A stretch of 61,957 nt of DNA, filler included, from Globobulimina sp. (GCA_003354225.1; 25 parts of 25 records of this genome joined end to end with filler, not necessarily neighbours in it), one strand, 5' to 3'. Shown: positions 37,876 to 52,251, counted from the whole stretch's first letter. Made by a program: numbers and translations. The notes: generated from the letters alone by a model not told the origin.

Positions 37876-38324
37876 CTGTTTTTATACTATCAAATTTGAG
37901 TTTTTGAGTGTAGACGCTTTCATCGTTGTAAAAGATTCTAGAAATACTGACAAGAATCAGCTTCAACAATTTGAAATTTTCATACAATTTTATTCACAAA
38001 TGTTGTCCAAATACAAGCTAAAAAGAAATTTACATATTTGCGACAAATAACAACCAAACGATCACTTATCACACGTAAAATGACAAGAGACTCGTTATTG
38101 GTTGCCATATTTAAAAAAAAAATTTAAAACAAACAAAAAAATAAAAATATTCACTGATTGCAAAGACAAACGCTTTACATTGAGTGCAATGATATATCAC
38201 AACAGTACACATAGTGCAGTGTTATAACACCACAACCAAAACAACAACAACAAAAAACAACAACAGTACACATATATAATTAATCGAGTATGAAATAAAA
38301 AATATGTTTATTAAATGCTAAATA

Positions 38325-39627
38325 TTAGATTTTCACCGCGTTTCCATTTTTAACTTTAAATTTATATGATGTCGAGGTTGAAGTCTTTGCCACTTTTTCG
38401 AATTCATTCAATTCCAAATTATTATTTTTCTTTTCTATTTCATCTTCATTGCTATTTTCAAACTCTTCCGCATGTTTTTTATGATATAAATATGCCCAAA
38501 TCAGGCTCGGCGGAGCCACGAAACAATAGCCAAGTGCCCAGAATATGCCTTTACTGACAAGCACGGTCACCTTCGCTTCAATAATATCCCCGCCAGAATA
38601 CAAGGCACTGATCAAATACATGGCTTCCACCGCCTTATCAATGTCGGCAAACTCAGAGAACACAATTATTATTACATTGCGAAAGGTCAATGACCAGTTA
38701 TGTGCAAATAAAAACAGCTCCGTTATGGGCTGCACCCATTCAATCACAGACGTCCAGAACACCGCAACTATAAAATACAGAAACGCACACATAAACTCCT
38801 TAAACCTGCTCCATTTATCGCCGTCCTTATCGCCCATCGCGACACTGTCACTGTGTACATGTTCGTTCATACTTTGCGCCATATTTTGCGGCGTTTCACC
38901 GTCCTTTACACACAAATATGGCTGTACCACATCCCTTATATTGGCCATAACATGCATGGATTTGTCATATCTGCTCCGTAGCGATATGTCAAAGGTCCAT
39001 TTTGGATCTAACCACAATAAATTACTCTCCTTTATACATAGTCGCAACGCTTTGCGAACGTATTTAAATATAAACTCGATGGGAGTGCCTTGCACAATTT
39101 GTAGTTCATGGCCAATCACTTGATATTCGATCAATTTGCTCACCGAGGACAGGATGCCGATGATGAACATACATAATAATAAAGTTATAGCTTTCTTGTC
39201 GGAGGTTATTTTATAGGACAATACCACCACGGATATGGTGCGCAAACCTAACACATCTTTGATGCCGATTGATTTTAACGCAGTGATTAATAATAAGACT
39301 AAGATGATATACAACGCGCTTTCTTCTATTAAAAAGTCTAAAATTATGTGTTGCTGGGAGTCAAACCAAGTATCGATTGGGTCGCTGACTTGCGTCAGAA
39401 ACGCGATTAAAAAGCCCAGACAAATTATGCCGACCACGTAGATGTATTTGAGCACTTTGCGGAAGAGTTTACATCTGGGAGTGTCACAACAGGCTGGTAA
39501 TGGGATTAGTGCCTTTCGTTTGGCTTTTGGTTGTGGAGTGCTGTTGTCGTTGTTGTTGTCGTTATGGTTGTTGCTATGGATATTGTTGTTCTTCTCGTCG
39601 GTGTTGTGGGTGTTATTTCTCATTGTA
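38325..39627 (-). CDS. Uncharacterised multi-pass membrane protein
   Basis: 432-aa ORF with several hydrophobic helices. Confidence 0.75.
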
Positions 39628-40054
39628 NNNNNNNNNNNNNNNNNNNNNNNNNNNNNNNNNNNNNNNNNNNNTTAATTAATTAANNNNNNNNNNNNNNNNN
39701 NNNNNNNNNNNNNNNNNNNNNNNNNNNAATAAAAAAACAAAATTTGCGGAAGATATAAAAGAAAAGTTGGAACCTGAGAATTATTTACAAATATCGGGTT
39801 TAATTTATTTTAATGTCTCTGTGATTTACCACGTTTGTATTTGTTGCATTTTTTAAAATATTTAGCTGGCTTCGCATAGGGATTATCGATCCAGATCGAT
39901 GTGGAATTTTTAGTACACCATTTAAATGGAAGCTTTATTATTATTAAAAAAAAAGAGAGTGAACTTGCATCAATGTTTGCAGCGTGAAAAAAACAATGAA
40001 AAAAAACATGACATGAAATACATGAAACACATAAACCAGAAACATATTATTATT

Positions 40055-42109
40055 TTAATTAACTTTTGGTATAAAACTATCATTTTGTATATCGTTGGGT
40101 GATTGGTCAAGAACTGTTAAATCAGCAAATGATATATTTGGACCATTATCATTTTGGTGATGATTGCAATCCGCATTCTCATCCTTCATCGTCTGATATA
40201 GCATGGTGTAGACATCCACAATTTCGTCCATATTACTTTTCGAATGCTCCAAATCCTCCGCCTCAGTCTGGGCCGCCACGGCCGGCACCGCCGTCTCCCT
40301 CTTTTTCGCTCTATGCTCCGGTGGTAAATCAGGAATGTCGTTAATTTTGTTATTATTTACAATTTGCGTGATCAGCTTCCATGGATCGTCCATATCGTCT
40401 CCGTCCGCCTCACCCTCTCCACTCTCAACCTCATCCTCCCGCTCATCGTCATATCGCTCCTCCTCATCGTCGTCGATAATGGTCGGTGCCTTATGACCGT
40501 ACCGCACCGGCTCAGAAATCGTCCGTTTTAATCTGTTCCCGTTATACCACTCCGGATAATGCGACTGCGGCGGCGACGGATATACGATGTGATGGTGATA
40601 GATCTGTTGCTGTTGAATGAATTGTTGCTGTTGCTGCTGGATCAGAAACTGCTGCTGTTGGAATACTAACTTCTTTCGATGCTCCTCTTTCAGTCTATGG
40701 TTCTTGCAGATTAACAGCAACTTTTCCTTCTCTTTCTGCTCCTTTTCCTGTTGGATGATCTTTTGGATGCGGTCGATGGGCAATTTCTTGCTGATGTCGG
40801 AGATCACGCGCAGAAAACCATAGTTTTTGATGGAGTTCAGGAACGATGTCCGGTTTTTATGCGTTGACATATATTGTTTGATCACATAACGCATTTCCAC
40901 GCTCATATAATCGAATTGGCCCAACGTGATGTCGTTGAACAGGTACTTGAGCGCAGTGTACCACATCTCAGATTCGTCCACTTTCAACGGACGATTGTTC
41001 ACGCTGCAAAATGACTTTTCGCTCAGCGTCAATAAGTAATCCACACGGTCGCATTCCGCGTACTTCTTGCTTTGATACTTGACAATGCCGGGAAACAAAT
41101 CGAAGATGGAGATGTCGCGGGTACTGTAACCATGGCAGGGATGGTAGATGCCGCCATTGGGAGATATGACAGATTGCACGTTTGCGTGTGCCGGAGCTAT
41201 ATGAGGCTCATAACTGAGAAAAAAACATATACAAACTATAAATTTCAAACTGAAAATATGGAGCGGTGGTACATACATTTTCAGTTTCAAACTAATGGAA
41301 AAACAAATTATCAAACAAGTGGTGATTATATGGACAAAAAAGTTGCGATTTTGCGTAAAAAAAATGTATACAAACTTGTGTTTGCGGGGCGAAATACGAT
41401 CCAATGGGTTTGGCTTCACTTTGCCAATGGGGATTAATTTGGCTTTGCTGTTGATGGATTTGGAGGAACCAAACGACTGCGTTCGCAAATTGCTCGTCGA
41501 TGAGCATTCGCTGCCGCTCTGAGAGGACATCAACGCACTGTGATTAATCACGCATTGCGGTTTCAGGAAATTTGGACTGCGTCGCCGTGGACACATATTG
41601 GTGCGGTGATGGTGGTTCATACTGTCATTCGCGTCGAGATCCGGCGGTGACGGCGGTAACGAATGGGATCGAAGTGGCGAATTATGACTGTTGGCAAAGG
41701 GGATGTAATATCGATACATAGTGTATAATTCTGGATTCATTTTCAACTCTTCGTCCGTCAAATTGGTGATGTTTGCCGTCGATTTGGGCGCCGTAGATAT
41801 CTCTAACTGAGGCACCGTCATCACTGCGTAGATTATGCGTACGTGTATATGTTGTATAAAATCGGATGTCAGACATAAAAAAAACATAATCCACTTATTT
41901 TTAGCATACTTTTATCATTTTCAGTGAGCTCCACGTCTTCGTGCATGTCATTTGCGTCATGATCGGTTGTCTGAGGATCTGAGTCGACGCTGCTGTCCTC
42001 GTCTTGGTCGTACTCGTTCTGATGGTCGAGGTCATGGCGCTGCCCCTCATGAGGTGGGATGTGCTTTTTTTTAGAAGGGGTTTTCTGGCCTTTATAAGCG
42101 GGATTATTT
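40055..42109 (-). CDS. Hypothetical low-complexity protein (poly-Q, acidic), 5'-partial
   Basis: 610-aa ORF reading through stop-free introns (about 41215-41275 and 41290-41370); upstream exon at the contig edge. Confidence 0.65.
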
Positions 42110-42549
42110 NNNNNNNNNNNNNNNNNNNNNNNNNNNNNNNNNNNNNNNNNNNNTTAATTAATTAANNNNNNNNNNNNNNNNNNNNNNNNNNNNNNNNNNN
42201 NNNNNNNNNTTGTTTCATTTTGCAACAAAAGTAACCAAAAATAAAATGATATATATTTAACTCTTATTAACTGCAACGTATTATTTTCTTTCTATTTACA
42301 ATTAAAATTTATCACAAAATTAAATGACATTTATATGAGCAATAAAAACGAACAAAAAATATTAAATAACTTGTAATGCATTTATTTGTCTTTTTAAATT
42401 GCTAATTGTTTGTTGAGATTTTTCTGTTTCGATTTGATTTGCTGCCTTAATTCGATCGATTTCATTGAGTGTGCTATCCATCAGTTCATTGAATGAATCA
42501 TTTTTTGTTGTCAGTGTTTTTAACTTATTCTGTACCGCAAAACATATTA

Positions 42550-43276
42550 TACAAACAATATAAAACCAACAAAAAAACTAAACTTTCAAAGAATGGATTT
42601 CATTTTCCTCCTCTTCCTCATTCGATTTTGTTTCTTGACCAATCATTAATTGCTTTTATGTAAATACTATGCAAACAAACACAATGAAATCGACAAACTT
42701 AACTTGGGTCAATTGTTGGTTTTGTTTGACAACATTTCTATATTTCTTTTGAAATTCGTCACAGTGCGCACTGAAATCAACAATCCGAACTTCTGCGCGT
42801 TTTAAAGAGATTGCTAATCTATATTTTGATTTTGAGCCTGGTTTTATTCTTCGAATAGTAAAGGAATGGCTGCGGGCTTTGCCTTTTTTGTAGAATGCTA
42901 GCAAACCACTGGTTGTATGCAAAACCATTGTGACCCAATCGCCTGAGCCATATTTTGCCGTTGAGACGTTTGTATGGCCGCATTCATACATTTTGCCACT
43001 TGATTCGTAGCCATAATTTGCTTGGTTTTTATTCCGATAAAACCATGTATCCATTTGTTGAATGGAATCAATTCCAATGCAGACATACCCACTGAGATCA
43101 ACGACCTGTATGACCCATCTCAGTATTAAATCACTATCTGATGCGATCTCCGTACTGCCATAACATGTTCTATGATAGCACCAATCGTGCCAGTTTCGTG
43201 CGGTGGTGTGGTTGTTACTGATTGTTACGTCTTCATGCCATTTTGCAAAGCTTTCTGTTACTGACGTGTTACCCAT
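42550..43276 (-). CDS. SPRY/B30.2-like protein with coiled-coil tail
   Basis: MGNT start; W.IQV..VCIGI, NYGYESSG, YGSGDWVTMVL, YRLAISL; probable intron after LTQ; 3' end approximate. Confidence 0.65.
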
Positions 43277-43461
43277 TAAGATTTTATGTGGTAACTAATC
43301 AGGTTGGGTTTTGAAAAACATTTCACGCGAAAAGCATCATCACGTCTTGTGGGAACAACATAATCCACAATTTTAATTTACAGTGAACAACACTTTCAAA
43401 CAACACATATTTTTAGTTACGTGGTGTATACAGATATCTAAAAGTACTCGTTTAGTCCAAT

Positions 43462-44591
43462 ATGACTTCCTCGACACTTAAATCCATGAACGGGTCATTT
43501 TCCTCCTATCAATCAATAAATCGAATGGGTGATATCTACGCCGCCAACTCCCAAAACATGAACGATTGGGTCATTCATTGCAAAGCTTTATTACTTAAAA
43601 TGGAATGCACCAATATCGAAACTCGCAGTAACCACTGGAGCTCAATCGTAAACACACAAACTCATCATACCAACCATCGTTTAAATATCAATCAAGCATT
43701 AACTCCATACAAATATCATTGCGACGCCTTATCCCATTTATCCTTTTTATCAGAATGGAAAGGCCTCAAAATGCGCCAAATTACAAACTATCCACGCACT
43801 TACACCGAATTTGAAGCCAAGGCCAAAAATTGGTTAAATGGCAGACGAGCGCCCAATTACGGCGCCACTTTATTTCCTGACATGATCAAAACGGCTGAAA
43901 CAGTTAAATATATACACAACGACAACACAATATACCTACAAACATTACAAACAGTACGCACACAATTTAGCCGAGCAATTATTTGCAACCAACGACGAAT
44001 TTATAGAGTTATATTTTAGCGTCTTAATGTATGCCTATTTGGCTGCCTTATGCAGCGAACGCATAACAATGAATAACGCATCCAAACGCACTCCATTGTT
44101 GCTCGAAAATTCGTTAAAATATTGCAAGACGCCAACCGCCAAAATGTTGCAGAATTATGCGCAAGATTACCCATATCCGCATCAGTTCCCTTCCCATTTG
44201 CGCCAAGCCGCCGATTTCTTCCATGTATGTCGTTTTTTGTTGTAATGTAAAATGTTTCTGCACTCTCTATGTACATACATGTACAGACTAAATACGACAA
44301 CTATATGAATCGCATCTATATGAAGCAAAATGGTGGCTCGATGACTGTGAATCCCAATTTGCAGCTCAACACCGCATTGTTCGCGTCGTTCCCCGGCAAT
44401 AACAATTTGATTATCAATGAGATCAAATTCAACAAAGAGAAACAGAAAAACGAGCAACAGAAAACACTTAAAATGAAAACCGACACAGACAGTAAATCGA
44501 GTGGGGAAACTGCCGAAACATCGTCACATTCGGACGCGTCGACGGCCTCTGCCATCACGCCCATTGCGCCCAAAATACATAACATGTCCTT
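43462..44591 (+). CDS. Hypothetical protein, 3'-partial
   Basis: Introns 43903-43954 and 44225-44286 join three ORFs in frame. Confidence 0.65.
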
Positions 44592-44691
44592 NNNNNNNNN
44601 NNNNNNNNNNNNNNNNNNNNNNNNNNNNNNNNNNNTTAATTAATTAANNNNNNNNNNNNNNNNNNNNNNNNNNNNNNNNNNNNNNNNNNNN

Positions 44692-47072
44692 AATTAATCA
44701 CAGAATTAATTGGCGGTATTCGAGTCTTAAAACTATCGGCCTATGAACTGCCATTATTACGCAAAATCTTTGAATATCGAGATAATGAGTTGAGGCACGT
44801 TAAAAAGAGCAATCTTTTTTATCATTGATCATTTTAACCAATTTTGCAGGTCCTGCAATAATGTTATTTATCACATTAATGGTTTACTGCTTTGTATTTG
44901 AGCACGAAGTAAATACAAACATCGTAGTATTTATGTTGATGCTTTTTGGAATGCTACAATTTATTACCAAAGGTGTGCAGTGTATATTAGTTTGATGATT
45001 TCCAAAATTCATTCAGCATTTGCTAATTATATAATTTTGTTATTTTATCAGCCATTCCACTCCTTATTGGACACACCATCTCTATGTTGGTTGCATGCGG
45101 TCGCATAGACGCTTTTTTTCAACGTAAATCGATTGGAATTGTCGAAAATCAATACAATGGCAACAATGCATATGCACTTCAAATATCTAATGCATCATTC
45201 TCATGGATCCGGAACCCAAAATCTGAGGAAAATATTAAATTTTGTTTGGAAGATATTTCAATACAAATTGAAAGAGGAAAATTGGTTGCCATCATTGGCA
45301 GGGTTGGATCAGGGAAAACCTCTCTGATTCAATCTATTTTGGGTGAATTGGAGTGCAGCAAAGGTGGCATTAATATGAATGTAAAGGATGTTATATATTG
45401 CTCGCAATTGCCATACATAAGAAATGAATCATTGAGAAAGAATATTATTTTGGAACTGGCTTTCGATGAAATAAAATATAAAGAATGTCTTATTGCAGCC
45501 AGTTTGTTGCCAGATTTAGAGAGATTGGACCGTTCCGATTGTATGTTATGTGTATATATTTTGGTGTTTTTACATATATTTTTTTGCGTTTTTACAGTGA
45601 CACTAATCGGAGATGAAGGTGTAACGCTAAGTGGAGGTCAAAAAATGAGAGTAAGTTTTGCGCGCTCGTTGTATAGGAAAAAACTGAGTGGTTTGTATTT
45701 ATTTGATGCTCCGCTTAGTTCGGTTGACATTTATGTGGGAAAAGATATGTTTGTCAAAGGCATTTATGAGCATTTATTGGATAATAAAAATAATGATATT
45801 ACCTGTTTAATGGTACTCAATTCGCATTTGCATCTCTTAGAATATTTTGATGAGATTATAATTATGGATAATGGCAAAGTTGCATTACACGCCGCAGTCA
45901 AAGATTTATTTTTTAATGTTGAAAATGAGCATTTATTGCAAAAATATCAACATTTATTGCCAGACAGCAATCAATTGCAAATATTAATGAATGATATATA
46001 TATCGATGGTGATATTGCCATTGAGGATGATGATGAAATTAAAATAAATGAGCAAGAATTTAAGTGTTCGCGAATAGATTTGAATGAAATGGCAATTACA
46101 GAGAATCAAACATTAATGGATTCGAAACCAACATGGAGTGAATTTGTCAAGTTTGTCAAATCTTCATTCATCCAATTTGATTATGAAAGTCATTGGTATG
46201 AGAATTCAGAGCAAATTCAAAAATCTGAAAAGTTAAGACACAGTAAATTACGAATGATAAAATTGCTCAGTTTATTTGTGCTGTCTTTTATCACATTATC
46301 AATGGCACCGATATGCGATTTATGGCTTTTATATTGGAATCAAAGTATTGCAGTTCAAGAAAATAATAATAATCATTTATCACTTTCCAGCAGTACCAAT
46401 ATGTGGCATTTATCAATTTGGTTAATAATATTATGTGTTATTGCATTTGGCGCAATATTTTCAATGCGGTTATTAGGCCGAGTTTCATTGGCAGCCTCCA
46501 AGTACATTCATAATAAATCATTATATTCATTGTTGCGGGCAAACACACTGTTTTTTGATTTAACACCCAAAGGAGAAATATTTTCAAGGTTTGCCAAAGA
46601 CACACATGAAATGGATAATTCATTTACGAGCAACGCATACATGTTTTTATTATTTTCCTCATCGGCCATTGGTTACTTATTGTTGGTTATTGCGTTTATC
46701 CCATTAGCTGTGATACCAATTTTGCTCATAACACCCGGTTTAATTGCGATAAATTATAAATTTGGAACCACATATTTTCCAGTACTACGTTTGGAACACA
46801 ATGCATTGCCTCCAATCACAACATTATTTGCTTAAACTGTGGCAAATTTGGACTCAATCAGAGCTTGTAAGTTGCAATCATTTTTTGTCGACAATCTAAT
46901 GCAGAAAATTAATACTTGGCATTCATTTTGGAAGACATCAACGTCTTTATCTCGTTGGCTTTATTTATATCAAGAAATATTATTGAATGTCCTTCAATTA
47001 TTTGTCATAATAACTGCTGCTTTGCAAATGTTGCATAATCAAACAATGGACAGCACCACAAAACAATTTATA
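44692..47072 (+). pseudogene. ABCC/MRP transporter (TMD1 end, NBD1, TMD2 start), disrupted
   Basis: GRVGSGKT, LSGGQK, FFDLTPKGEIFSRF; frameshift in the T-run near 44815, TAA at 46833-46835, Walker B reads LFDAP. Confidence 0.85.
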
Positions 47073-47172
47073 NNNNNNNNNNNNNNNNNNNNNNNNNNNN
47101 NNNNNNNNNNNNNNNNTTAATTAATTAANNNNNNNNNNNNNNNNNNNNNNNNNNNNNNNNNNNNNNNNNNNN

Positions 47173-48819
47173 CACATCCTTAATATCTATTTTTTTCTCT
47201 TTGTTTAATGCATTAAATATGTTTTTAATGGCAGTTAATTCACGTTTGTTTTTCCGGATTTCTTTAATACAAATAATTGAAATCGAAGTAGATAACAAAC
47301 AAAAAGATGGAATATCGAATACATTTAAAAAAGAATAAATGTTTAACAATATTGAGGATGCAAATGGTTTATCTTTGTTTATTGGTTTTAATTGTAATCA
47401 TTTTAATATATCACTATTTAATCGATGTGGATTAATATAAAATGCTTCGTTTAATACATTTTCGTAAAATAATCGATGTTTTTCGATATATTTGTTATCA
47501 TTGATATGGAATATTATAATTTGATTTTTTTTGATCGGACTTGATTTTATATTTCGATAAAATTCGCCGGCAAACAATTTTATTGTTTTTTGATTTTCGA
47601 TTTCTTTGAAATTTGCTTCGTTTAAAATACTTTTTAATAATATTTTGATATTATTCTCGATGAATATTTGCAAATCGCCAAAATTTAAGTTTTTATTGAC
47701 GCACAAAGTGCGAATATATTGAATGTGTTGTTGTTTTAAATCAAAATAATTCAATAAAATTAAGGAATAATTGCAATAATTTGTATGTATTTCATTTGGT
47801 ATATTTAGTATAAATTTCATATCAAAAAATACTAAAAAATGCTTATGATCTGAATCAAAAATAAATTCCTTATCAAATTCGTTGAATGATATAATTTGTG
47901 AATGTCTTAAAAGGTTTGTTATTAAGCCGGTATTTTTTGAATTTTTAAACGGAAATTTTTTAGCTTTTTTTAATTTTTTAAAATGCAAAAATAATATATT
48001 TTTGCTAGGTATTTGATATTTATTTGACCATTTTTCAACTAATAATGACTGATTATATCGCAATGATCCATTATATCGATCAAATGTAAATAAATCATCG
48101 ACGGATTTAAATGTTTGTAAAAAGGATAAATATTTGTATTTATAGTATTTAATTAAGCCGTCACTCGCATCATTACCATCGCAGTAAAACATATTAAATA
48201 TTCCAATATCTTCATATTTCCGCATCTCTAATAAACATTGGATGGCTAACGATGTCGATACCAATTTGAATGAATTGATATCATCTTTGCTTAAATATGC
48301 ACAGATATTTGTTATTGAGGTTATTGATAATCTGTTAAAATTATTATTGTTGTTAGTATTGCAATTATTGTTATTGTTGTTGCTGTTATAGGTTTCATCG
48401 TATTTTATTTTTTCTTTTTTCAATATTTCAAACGTGTCAATTAATTGTTTTTCGTTTTGCTTATTTAATTGGTGATAAATGAATGTTTTATAATCGCCAT
48501 ACAGGCTCAATATGATATTATTAACGACATTGTTTGTGTTTTTATTAATGTATTCATCATCAAATTCATCGAACAATTTTTTGGTTGGTAACCATAAATG
48601 GACATTTTTATACTTTGATGCCGATTCGCTTGTGTTGTTTTTGTTGTTATTGTCGCTGTTTATGTTTGATAGCCATTTCATTGATTTGTCATCCCATTTG
48701 TCATCATCGTCTGATGATGCGTCTCGGCTTCCAAATTCATGGCGATTTCTTCTCCATCTATGTGGTGGATATCCACCGAACTGAAGACTCCCTGGTGTTG
48801 GAATGTAGGAAGACTCCAT
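47173..48819 (-). CDS. Hypothetical protein with F-box-like motif
   Basis: FNRLSITSITNICAYLSKDDINSFKLVS; Asn-rich; break near 47398. Confidence 0.5.
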
Positions 48820-49743
48820 TTAAGAGGTATTCTTAGAATGAAAGAAGATACAGTTTTTGACTTTGGATTCCTTTATAAAAATTTATATCATGCAGTGGCG
48901 GGGTGGACATATTCTCCCTAAAGAAGATTAAAAGTAAAAAGTTTGTGGATTTTGGATCTAAAAAGATTACAAGCTGTCGAACATAAGTACGGGATATAAA
49001 AATAATTGGTTTGTTCTGGGTTTATTTAAAAAAAAAAGAAAACAAATAATGGATAAAACAAAAACAAAATACATAAATCCGCAAAATAAATGAGGACAAA
49101 CTATATCAATGCTTATACATATATCAATAATCAATTACTCATTACCTTTAATTTTGTTTGGCATTCTCAATCATTATTAGCCATTAATTTAAAACAAACA
49201 AACAAAAATTTGCTTTACATCGATGACAATTCATATGTTCACAGCCATCCATATCGATGACAATTCGTATGATTTATTAATTGTCTGCAGGGACATAATC
49301 GAATGGACCGAACATCTGAAACTGAACCAACTCTTTTTAAGGCACATTGTGATAATGGACAGTGATATATTTTGCTTGATCTTTATCATCACAACAATGC
49401 CATGTAATCACATCAAATTGTTCAATATTATACGCACAAACAATATGTTTAGATAGATTTTAATTAATGCTTACAATTTCCATAAATAAACATCACAATT
49501 TATGTATGCCAAATCTGTTATTTTTTTACATTGACGCCCAATAAATGATTGTANNNNNNNNNNNNNNNNNNNNNNNNNNNNNNNNNNNNNNNNNNNNTTA
49601 ATTAATTAANNNNNNNNNNNNNNNNNNNNNNNNNNNNNNNNNNNNNNNNNNNNTATATTTTATTTTTTGATGGCAAAATGTTAATTTAATAATTTATTAA
49701 AACAATTCAGAAACATCTGAAATATTTTAGAATAGAAACATCT

Positions 49744-49834
49744 GAAACACTTCGTTTTCGAAAAATGAACCTCTTGGTACCAAGCTCCAACAAAATGACT
49801 TGCGAATGTGCGAATTTTAAAAACGAAGTGTTTC
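49744..49834. repeat. 15-bp perfect inverted repeat enclosing a 12-bp palindrome
   Basis: GAAACACTTCGTTTT (49744-58) / AAAACGAAGTGTTTC (49820-34); CTTGGTACCAAG at 49773-84. Confidence 0.85.
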
Positions 49835-49904
49835 TAAATTCTAACAAGTCCTATTCTGAACTAATTAAAATAATTTTTTTATGGAGTCAAGAGAGAATAC
49901 TGTA

Positions 49905-51327
49905 TCACAACCATGATTCAGAATATCCATTGATTTTACACGCAACATTTGTCATTGCAATCAAACAGTCTTTATTTTCTTCATAAAATGAATATAAAAC
50001 AATTGTTGATTCGCAATCTTTATAATCATCAATAACTTGATCAATAACAACTTTCTCTGGTTTTTTATCTCCATATAACATACATAAAAACATAAAATCT
50101 TTCAAAGTACACAATTGCAGCATATTTTTCATTCTCGAAATAAATATCATTAAACCATCCATATCAATCTCTGTTTTACACTCAATTTTGAGTTTAATTT
50201 TAAAATATGATTTTTTCTGTTTTTTAGCTTCAAATAACCCTTTTTCTATCCCATTGTATACACTTACAAATCTTTCATTTCTTGTTTTGATTTCTAAATA
50301 TTGCAATAACGGTTGACTTGAAATCAATGATTGAATAATATTTCGGAAATCATTATCATTCATATTTGATGAAATACTAATTTTTTGCAAATGTGTTGCA
50401 GATTTTAATATATGTTGAACGGTCGTTTTTGTTGCATTTATCACTCTCAATTCTTTTAATGTATTAAACTTAGTTTCTGGTCCAAATACAATCTGTGGAG
50501 TATCAATAAATTTTAAACCTTGTAATTTATTTCCATATAAATTAATTATATCGTTTCCAAAAAGTGAACCATTCGACAAAAACGATTTTAAATTTGGGAA
50601 TAAAGTTTTTGTTTTAATTATTCCCAGTAAATGGTACATTGAATGCCTCAGTTAATTCTAAACGTTGTATCATTTTAAATTTAGATAAAAACTCCCAAAG
50701 CTTTGTAATGAGTTTTTCATTCGGAGGAACAATAAACTCCAGTTTTGTTATTCTATCAAGATTAATATTTGGGTGACTCATAAATTGCTGCAAAGCCGCA
50801 TTATCGATAAATAAGTCTTTTAGTCGTAAATGTTGCATATTATTTGCAGTGTAATCAATGAAGGTATGATGGGAAAATTTATCACAAGAAAATCCGAGAT
50901 ATTTTATTGCTGGAAATTGTCGTAAAGCAATAGATGAATATGGAGAATTAAATAGATCTAAATCAATTTCTTGCATTGTATTTGGCGAATTACATCCAAT
51001 TAAAACTGATCTGCTGGTTATACTAAAACGAGCATAATCTTTTTGATTTAAATTGGATGCAATTTTACCAATGATATTTCCATTCATTTCATTAATATTG
51101 AGATTTTGTGATGGAACAGATTTATCTTTTCTCGCTCTGATAATGTTAGATATGATCTCCAGAACATCATCAATTTGACGATGTGTTGCTGTTGAATTTG
51201 TAAAATATGCAAATAATGCATCTAAAATAGCATTTTTCCCGAATTTAGATAGAAATTGATTGAATTCTGACGGTTTTAACTGTGCTGCTAAATGCCGAAG
51301 TCTGATTGCTTTTGTTAATGGCGACAT
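49905..51327 (-). pseudogene. F-box-like + LRR-like protein with one frameshift
   Basis: INEMNGNIIGKIASNLNQKDYARFSITSRS; frame change near 50620-50635. Confidence 0.6.
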
Positions 51328-51518
51328 CAAGATTTTGAGGTAAGGTTTTTTTTTCCAGACAAAGCACATATTTGAAACACACAGGGTGTATAGCTCGGAA
51401 CTCATCGTTAAAAGAAAAAAAATGGTATAACGCATCACAAAATACCAAATTAATAAAGCGACAAATGCCAACTAACACAAACGAAGGCATAAAAGGAAAA
51501 AATTAAAAAGGAAAAAAA

Positions 51519-52034
51519 TTAATGTCTTCCTTTTTGATATTCATAAACAAACTCCTTTGATCTCGTAGCTTTCAATGTTACCAACTCCTCCGAAGCCGTT
51601 GGATGTATTGCTGTCGCCCTATCAAAATCTGCCTTTGTAGCGCCCATTTTAATAGCAACCGCAAATCCTTGTAACATTTCATCAACACCTTCTCCAATGA
51701 TATGCAATCCGACCACAACCTCAGTCTTCCCGACACAAATTAACTTCATATGCGTTCTGCTCTTATCATCCTCGGTCATCACACCATACATTAAATTTCG
51801 AAAATGCGTTTCATAGATATTTAGAGGACTGTCCAATTCGCCATCACCTATTTTTTTCCGTACTGCCCGTTCTGACAAACCAATACAACCAATCGGAGGA
51901 TGCGAGAATACCACACTGGCGACATTCTCATAATCCATTTTATATTCATCTCCCTTATCTGTAAAGAAATCAAGAGCTTCTTTTTTAGTTACTACCTTAG
52001 ATATATATTCATTCTTTTGTTGAGCTAATTCCTT
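51519..52034 (-). CDS. GSR: Glutathione reductase, C-terminal dimerisation domain
   Basis: VVFSHPPIG.IGLSE, VVGLHIIG..DEMLQGFAVAIKMGATKADFD..AIHPTASEELVT. Confidence 0.93.
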   Translation of the reverse strand, partial: KELAQQKNEYISKVVTKKEALDFFTDKGDEYKMDYENVASVVFSHPPIGCIGLSERAVRKKIGDGELDSPLNIYETHFRNLMYGVMTEDDKSRTHMKLICVGKTEVVVGLHIIGEGVDEMLQGFAVAIKMGATKADFDRATAIHPTASEELVTLKATRSKEFVYEYQKGRH

Positions 52035-52147
52035 NNNNNNNNNNNNNNNNNNNNNNNNNNNNNNNNNNNNNNNNNNNNTTAATTAATTAANNNNNNNNNN
52101 NNNNNNNNNNNNNNNNNNNNNNNNNNNNNNNNNNAAAATTAAAATTA

Positions 52148-52223
52148 TCGCCTAGCTCAAGCAGAGCACTGTATGGTATTGACGCATACAGAAGATTCAG
52201 GTGCAAATCCTGAGGCGACTCCA
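52148..52223 (+). ncRNA. tRNA-like cloverleaf (non-canonical; pseudo-tRNA or SINE head)
   Basis: TCGCC/GGCGA acceptor, GCTC/GAGC D-stem, CTGTATG/CATACAG stem, TCAGG-TGCAAAT-CCTGA T-arm, followed by CT-CCA. Confidence 0.6.
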
Positions 52224-52251
52224 ACCAATACAAGCAATCAAATATATATAA

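Noticed and set aside
29899-46835. Alternative genetic code (stop reassignment)
   Set aside because: TAA, TAG and TGA all terminate well-conserved genes here, TGG is used for Trp, and internal stops are sporadic and often accompany frameshifts.
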